This document shows positions 57,906 through 64,000 of a stretch of 64,000 bases of DNA, piece after piece. The DNA is from Octopus sinensis. Lineage: Eukaryota. Where the stretch lies: the NCBI RefSeq assembly GCF_006345805.1, contig NC_043000.1:12958001-13022000 (forward strand), given 5' to 3'. A program made the translations under genes and the position numbers. The notes beneath the pieces were generated by a model, which saw nothing but the letters and a program-made list of their open reading frames with translations, made no database searches and was not told where the DNA came from. Position 1 is the stretch's first letter, and every line of letters starts with the position of its first letter.

Positions 57906-60900
57906 ATCTTGTTGACCTCTCCTGCCAGTTGTCTATGCATCCTTGCCATTTCAGCAACACGAATATGAAATTATGTATCACTACTCATTATAATTCTCAT
58001 ATTACGTACAAATTCTTACTAGAGATTATAATCTCTCATGTGTATTGTAATGTTTTAGAAGGCTGATAGTAAAATACTTGAAACTCTCTAACACCGAATT
58101 GTATATTGTTTTCATCAGACCCCATATAAAAGCAATGCCGACTGTCTGTAGGTTGTTGCCATCATTAAGACTCTTGATTACTTTTGATATTTGTCAATAC
58201 AAGAATAACTAGTTAGAATAGTTTTTATAATAACTGTGGATAAATCTGAATGAGTTATTTCAACTGGTAAGGACTCCCAGCCAGCTCCCTGAATCACTCT
58301 TCTTAGAATTGTTGACTTTTTAAAGTGTACTTTTGGTGGCAACAACTTGACTTCTTCTTCTTAAAACATCACACAGCCACTCTCATTTTCTAGCCATACT
58401 GAGATTGTGTATCTTCTATCATATATAATTATTGAAAGCCTTCATAAATCTATCTTTGTTTGGCTTGGTCTGTTTAAAATCTGGATAATCTTCTAACTTG
58501 TAAAGCACCATACTCTTGCTGTGTTTACAAGTACAAACCTCACTGCTATTACTTCACACACATTGCAACATAACTTGTACTGTTTATATTTAAAGAAATA
58601 TGTTGGAATGTCAACTTTTATCTTCTTTGTTTACTTTTGGAACTTGTTATCTATTTGTAGTAATGAATGATGCTTTAATAACTGTTATTTATGGGACCCT
58701 TACTGTTTTACTCCATATTTTAATTACTTTTTTACTATTAGATCATAAAGTCACCACAGGAAAGTTTTTGTCTTTGTATAGTGTATCTATGCAAATACCT
58801 GACTTCATCATTGTAAACTAATGAAACACTCTTCAAATATATAAAGCTCCTGCTGTGAACAGCAGGAACCTTTTTTTTTTTTTTGCTAAGTAGCTAATTG
58901 TTGTGGATCCAGTTCAGTGTCAGTAGTTTGAAGCAAAGTAATTTGGTTCTTCAATTGACAAAAAATCATTACCCCAATAAATTTGTTTAAGGTAAAGACA
59001 TACAAATACACCATAAAATTTGGTAAAATATTTGTCTTCCATCTATCCGTTTGTTTATTTGATAGATATTCAAATTCAAAGCAGCAATGAAATGTTAGTC
59101 ACCACCTCTCTTTTTTGCAACCGGCTTCTATTTATTTCTTTCATTAATTTATCCCCTGTCTTCTTATAAATGTATTACAAAAACTCACAAGCACAATTAA
59201 TATGATGATAATGATAAAGCCAGTGGTGCTTACAGTAAAATTAATTAATTATACTAATTTTATCGGAGGTTATCAAAATAATATCATAATGAAACTCAGT
59301 AGCTTTAACATGAACATTATTTTGCTTTTGTTTAAAAAGGCCTAATTCCATCTTATTACCCTAGCAAATACACTAACAAATAATATCTAAGATTGCATCA
59401 AAAGACATTGGATAGAGGTAACCAATATTTATTTGGTTGAACAAAGTAACTCAGATTGTATGAAGGGACTCTAATAGGGTGGCATAGATGACTTAGTAAT
59501 GCAGTGGCTAATACAATCAGGGGAATCTCAGAGTTTATGCAATCTTAGGGTACATATTATTCATTATAATTTTATTACACATTTATTGGAGCAGTGGAAT
59601 GACAGAATTAGTAGAATATAACATTAAATGCCATGTGGTATTTATGTAATCTTCCTATTTTGAATTCAGCTTCTACTGGGTTTGACAATGATGTTCATCC
59701 TTCTAGGGTCAAGTCAATTTGTGGTCTTGTACCAAAATTAAAAATCAATACATGATTATCTAAGTTTTCTATCCAACCCAGTTAATATCTCATGCTGTTA
59801 AGACAATTAAGAATGCTGTTACCATCTTGTGTCTGCTTTGACTTGATCAGATATAAATGTAGATAAATGTTTGTCTTGCATGTATTGTGATTTCATATTC
59901 TAGCTAGATATTCTTTTGGATTCTTTCAAAAAGTTTGTTTTTTGTTTTATTTGGTTTGCCTGATTTGACATGAACAGGAAGGACAGAACAATGCACAGGT
60001 GGATAGAATAGTAGTTGAGATATTTGGTAGCTGAAGCCTCGAACTAACAGATATTGTCAAAAGAAGCAACATATTTTTATCCAGCCCTCAAAGAATCTAT
60101 GTCCTCTTCAAATACAAAAAAAAAAAAAGAGAATGTGTGTGTGATGTGTATAATTTAATCCATACAGTTCCTGTACTTACATGTAAAACAATCTACAGAC
60201 ATTTTGCTATGTCAGCAACAAGCAAGAACATTAGTATAATATCAATGAAAGTAATTGCTTATAATATTCATCTCCTGACACATTGGTACATTAACAGTGC
60301 ATAAATATATTTATGACATCAGAATTTACAGCCTTGCAGTTACAAGGTGCACCAGCCATACATTTTTATATTGCAGTGAAGGTCTGTCTCTGCCATGTGA
60401 ACAAAAGATATATATGCATATATGCACACACACACACACATTTTAAACTGATTATTACATTTATTTTCCTTAACAAATTTAAATAATAATAACTGATTGA
60501 TACACTAGACTACCTAATAGTGTATGTAATGGTATTGCAACTCAAACTGAACACTTAACATCAACACTGTGAGAGGTTAATCAGTCATCCAAAAATTTTT
60601 ATTGTTTATCACTACATTGTTGTTGGTTAACCCCAGATGAACTCAGGTGAGCAGACCTATGGTCAAATGTTTTGCAGCTATGAACATCACATTATGCTCC
60701 CAAGCATCACATATCTAAGACTACATAATCCAATATATCTGACCATTTTCAAGACAGTATGGTGCAATTTAGAAGAGACTACGATACTCTTTCTGCATCA
60801 GAACACTGCATAGAATCTGTCATGTTGTTACTCTGAGTTCTTTCTCTTTGAGAATTGTGATTAGGACTTTGACAATTATACTACTAATCACAAGTACAGT

Positions 60901-60939
60901 AACTATCTGAGTAGCCATTTAACTGCCATTGTTAAACTT

Positions 60940-61240
60940 TACTAAATAAGACTAAAAAAGAAAACAATGTCATGCTCAAGACGACCTTGAAAACGTGTAA
61001 CTTAGAACAGTCTACTTGGGAACATCTTGCTCAAGATTGCTCACTATGGCATAGTGTTGTGTTTTCTAGAGTATAGCACTCAGAATCAGAAATGATTACA
61101 GAACCCAAAGACAGGAGGGCTACATGAAAAGCAAAAGTCCTATCTGGTCCTGATTCTGCAATCCTATGCCCTCACTGTATCCATGGATTTTATGTCAATA
61201 TTGGCCTAATAAAACCCATGTCAAAACCCACAAAGAGTAA
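60940..61240 (+). mobile_element. Degenerate 3' fragment of an older BovB-like RTE
   Basis: Translates KTTLKTCNLEQSTWEHLAQDCSLWHS and CPHCIHGFYVNIGLI, homologous to the C-terminus of the 28.5-32.4 kb element. Confidence 0.6.
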
Positions 61241-61789
61241 AGCTGCTAATCTAGGCATCTTCAAAGATATGAAGGATGAATGTCACAGTCAGTTATTCTT
61301 ATTGAGCTATTTGGGGAGCAGGGTATTAGAAAAGTATATGCCATATAAGACAACAAAACAGCTAACAGGTATATTTTCTTTTTGTATCAATCGATATAAA
61401 TGGGATACCAAAATACTGGAGAGAGGGTAAAAACAAGAGTACTAGCCTGATTATTTCACAGGTTGATTTTGATATTACCTGTTATCTTTCTGGAGCTATT
61501 ATAATAAGTTCATATGTTATTAATACATTTTGAGCAACTCAATCGACTGTGCTCTTTCTCTACAAAAATTGGCTGTGAGTCTATCTATGAAATTAATATT
61601 ATTGATTATACAAACTGACTTCCTTCCTATCTAAAATATTTTCATCACTTTCTCTAACCATACACCTACATTAAATCAATCATTGATACTTTGCTGTATT
61701 ATATGATATTAAAAATAAAAGTTTCTGATGTCTTGATGCCACAAATATTTTGTTATCTCTGTTTTTGCATTTGCAGATGTATTACATTA

Positions 61790-62302
61790 TATGGGAAAAT
61801 GCAAGCATGAAAAGTAATATTCTTAAGATTATAAACCTGGAAAAGTACGGGTCAAGTTATTACACCTGTAAAAGTATAGGACAAGCTATTACTTCTAGTA
61901 AAGTAAAGAATAAGAAACTTTTTACTTAAACTATTGCAGCAAAGAATGCCAGTTCTTCTAACTTATCGCGCTTTACAGTTCTCATCTTTTAAATTTATTG
62001 TACAAAATTGTTCAACTAATTTGTAAGTTTGTATAATTAGTCACTTTTTTCTGTATTTAAGGTAGTAAATTAGCCAAATTCTACTTAAATAAGTATAGGG
62101 TTATTTGTAAACTATAATAAAATAATTTTTAATATTAAAATTTTAATTTTAGCTGCAATATTTTAAGTAAAATGTTTCTTATTCTTTACTTTACTTGAAG
62201 TAATAGTTTGTCCTATACTTTTACAGGTGTATTAACTTTTCTTGTGCTTTTCCAGCTTTATAATCTTAAGAATATTACTTTTTCATGCTTGCATTTTTCC
62301 AT
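61790..62302. mobile_element. Foldback/MITE, about 150-bp inverted arms
   Basis: aaaatgcaagcatgaaaagtaatattcttaagattataaa...ttgcagc (61796-61940) versus reverse complement at 62152-62300. Confidence 0.75.
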
Positions 62303-63155
62303 GTGATCCATGATTTTTCCAGGCATTGCTGATATAAGATAATTTGTCTATTGTCACTCTGTAACTTCTGACGAAATAACTTCCAAAATATAAAATTTTG
62401 TCCAAAACGTTAAGAGTAAACCCTGTTCTATATGACACATTCTATCAGCATCAGAAGGTTGAAAGTGTTTAGTTAAAAAAAATTAATTAAATAATCTGTG
62501 CGTCTAATTGAATAATCTGAAATGGATGAAAGACAAAGTCAACCTCGATGGAATTTGAACTCAGAACATAAAGACAGACAAAATACCTCTTCTAAAATAT
62601 GAAATTTTTTCAAAAATGTTAAGAGTAAACCCTGTTCTATGTGACACATTTTACTGGTATTGGAAGTTTGAAAGTGTTTTTTGTTTAAAAAAATTAATGA
62701 AATAACCTGTACGTCAAAGTTGACCTCAACAAAATTTGAACTCAAAAATGTAAAGACAGATGAAATACAGTTAAGCATTTCACCCGGCTCGCTAATGTTT
62801 CTGCGAGCTCGCTGCCTTCGAAAGTAAACATTAATTTTAGAAATATATTCTTTATTGTTATAATTGAAGCATTACTCCCTTACTCACTGACAGGAAATTT
62901 TGTAACTCTTTGTTACTCTTTAAATAATGTTTGAAATTTTTCTGTTTAAACTATCATATAGGCCTTCCTTTTAAGATTTCAGACTTTATTACTGATAAAA
63001 AATTCAGTTTGAAATTAGGATCACTTATCTCTTCCTTTAGCCTTATGTTTTGTTCTGTGTGAAACAATTATAAAGAAACAATAAGAATGAATGTATATAG
63101 ATCTATCCTTTTGTGACTAGAAGCCTTAAAATCAATTCACGCATGTATACACACC

Positions 63156-63186
<31 letters not shown>

Positions 63187-63187
<1 letters not shown>

Positions 63188-63593
63188 CTTTACTCTTTTA
63201 CTTGTTTCAGTCATTTGACTGCAGCAATGCTGGAGCACCACCTTTAGTAGAGCAAATCGACCTCAGGACTTATTCTTTGTAAGCCTAGTACTTATTCTAT
63301 CAGTCTCTTTTGCTGCACTGCTAAGTTACGGGGACGTAAACACACCAGCATTGGTTGTCAAGCGATGTTGGGTGGGGGGGACAAACACAGACAAACAAAC
63401 ACACACATATATATACATAAACATATATACAATGGGCTTCTTTCAGTTTCCGTCTACTAAATTTACTCACAAGGCTTTGGTCATCCCGAGGCTATAGTAG
63501 AAGATACTTGCCCAAGGTGCCACACAGTAGGACTGAACCCAGAACCATGTCGTTAGTAAGCAAGCTACTTACCACACAGCCACTCCTGCACCT
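63187..63593 (-). mobile_element. tRNA-derived SINE, family A
   Basis: Full match to family A. Confidence 0.87.
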
Positions 63594-64000
63594 ATATATA
63601 TATATATTTTTTCCAGGTGTCCATGAAGTAACTGCTATATAAAGTTATTTTTATAAGACTGTGTTGGCCGATTTTTATTTTTTACTGCATGTTACAAAAA
63701 TCCATCAAAGTTAATTGAATTATTGACATTTTTTTTCTATGTATTGTGTACTAGTGCCGTTGTACTAAAGAATTAGTAGGTTAGTGACAAAGAATCATTG
63801 ATAAATTTGTATAGAAAGAAAAGCGTTACAAATCTCTATCTACCTTTCTGTCTCTCTATCCTTCTTTCTTTCTTTCTATATATATCTTTCAAGTATTTTT
63901 AATGTATTGGGCATAATTCTAATGAAAGAGAGCAAAATTATTAAGTTGCAGATTTATTGGTCAAAATGTCATAGAATAAAATTTTTTTTACAGTTCTATA

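Overview
AT-rich, repeat-dense eukaryotic DNA, most likely from an octopus/coleoid cephalopod (inferred from the SINE/RTE repeat families and abundant (TA)n, (CA)n and (GAT)n tracts). The left two-thirds holds STT3A, the oligosaccharyltransferase catalytic subunit, on the minus strand. I reconstructed 14 coding exons (35924 to 1787; 1963 nt, about 654 codons, consistent phases). The last exon (about 50 aa) was not found and presumably lies beyond position 1. A probable non-coding first exon sits near 42.3 kb, head-to-head with a candidate divergent plus-strand gene that I could not identify. Main observations: (1) a 350-bp, 349/350-identical inverted copy of the start-codon exon and its splice donor, 807 nt upstream in the same pre-mRNA; (2) a U12-type minor intron between exons 7 and 8; (3) an RTE LINE with a C4HC3 PHD finger inside its RT domain, inserted into an older RTE; (4) a nearly full-length, GC-rich BovB-like RTE with a C-terminal C2H2 finger; (5) two near-perfect hairpins at 53.6-54.0 kb. 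The rest is tRNA-derived SINEs, RTE 3' fragments, MITEs and remnants of Tigger, mariner, Penelope and R4/Dong-like elements. Everything was read by eye and no searches were run, so repeat boundaries are approximate.
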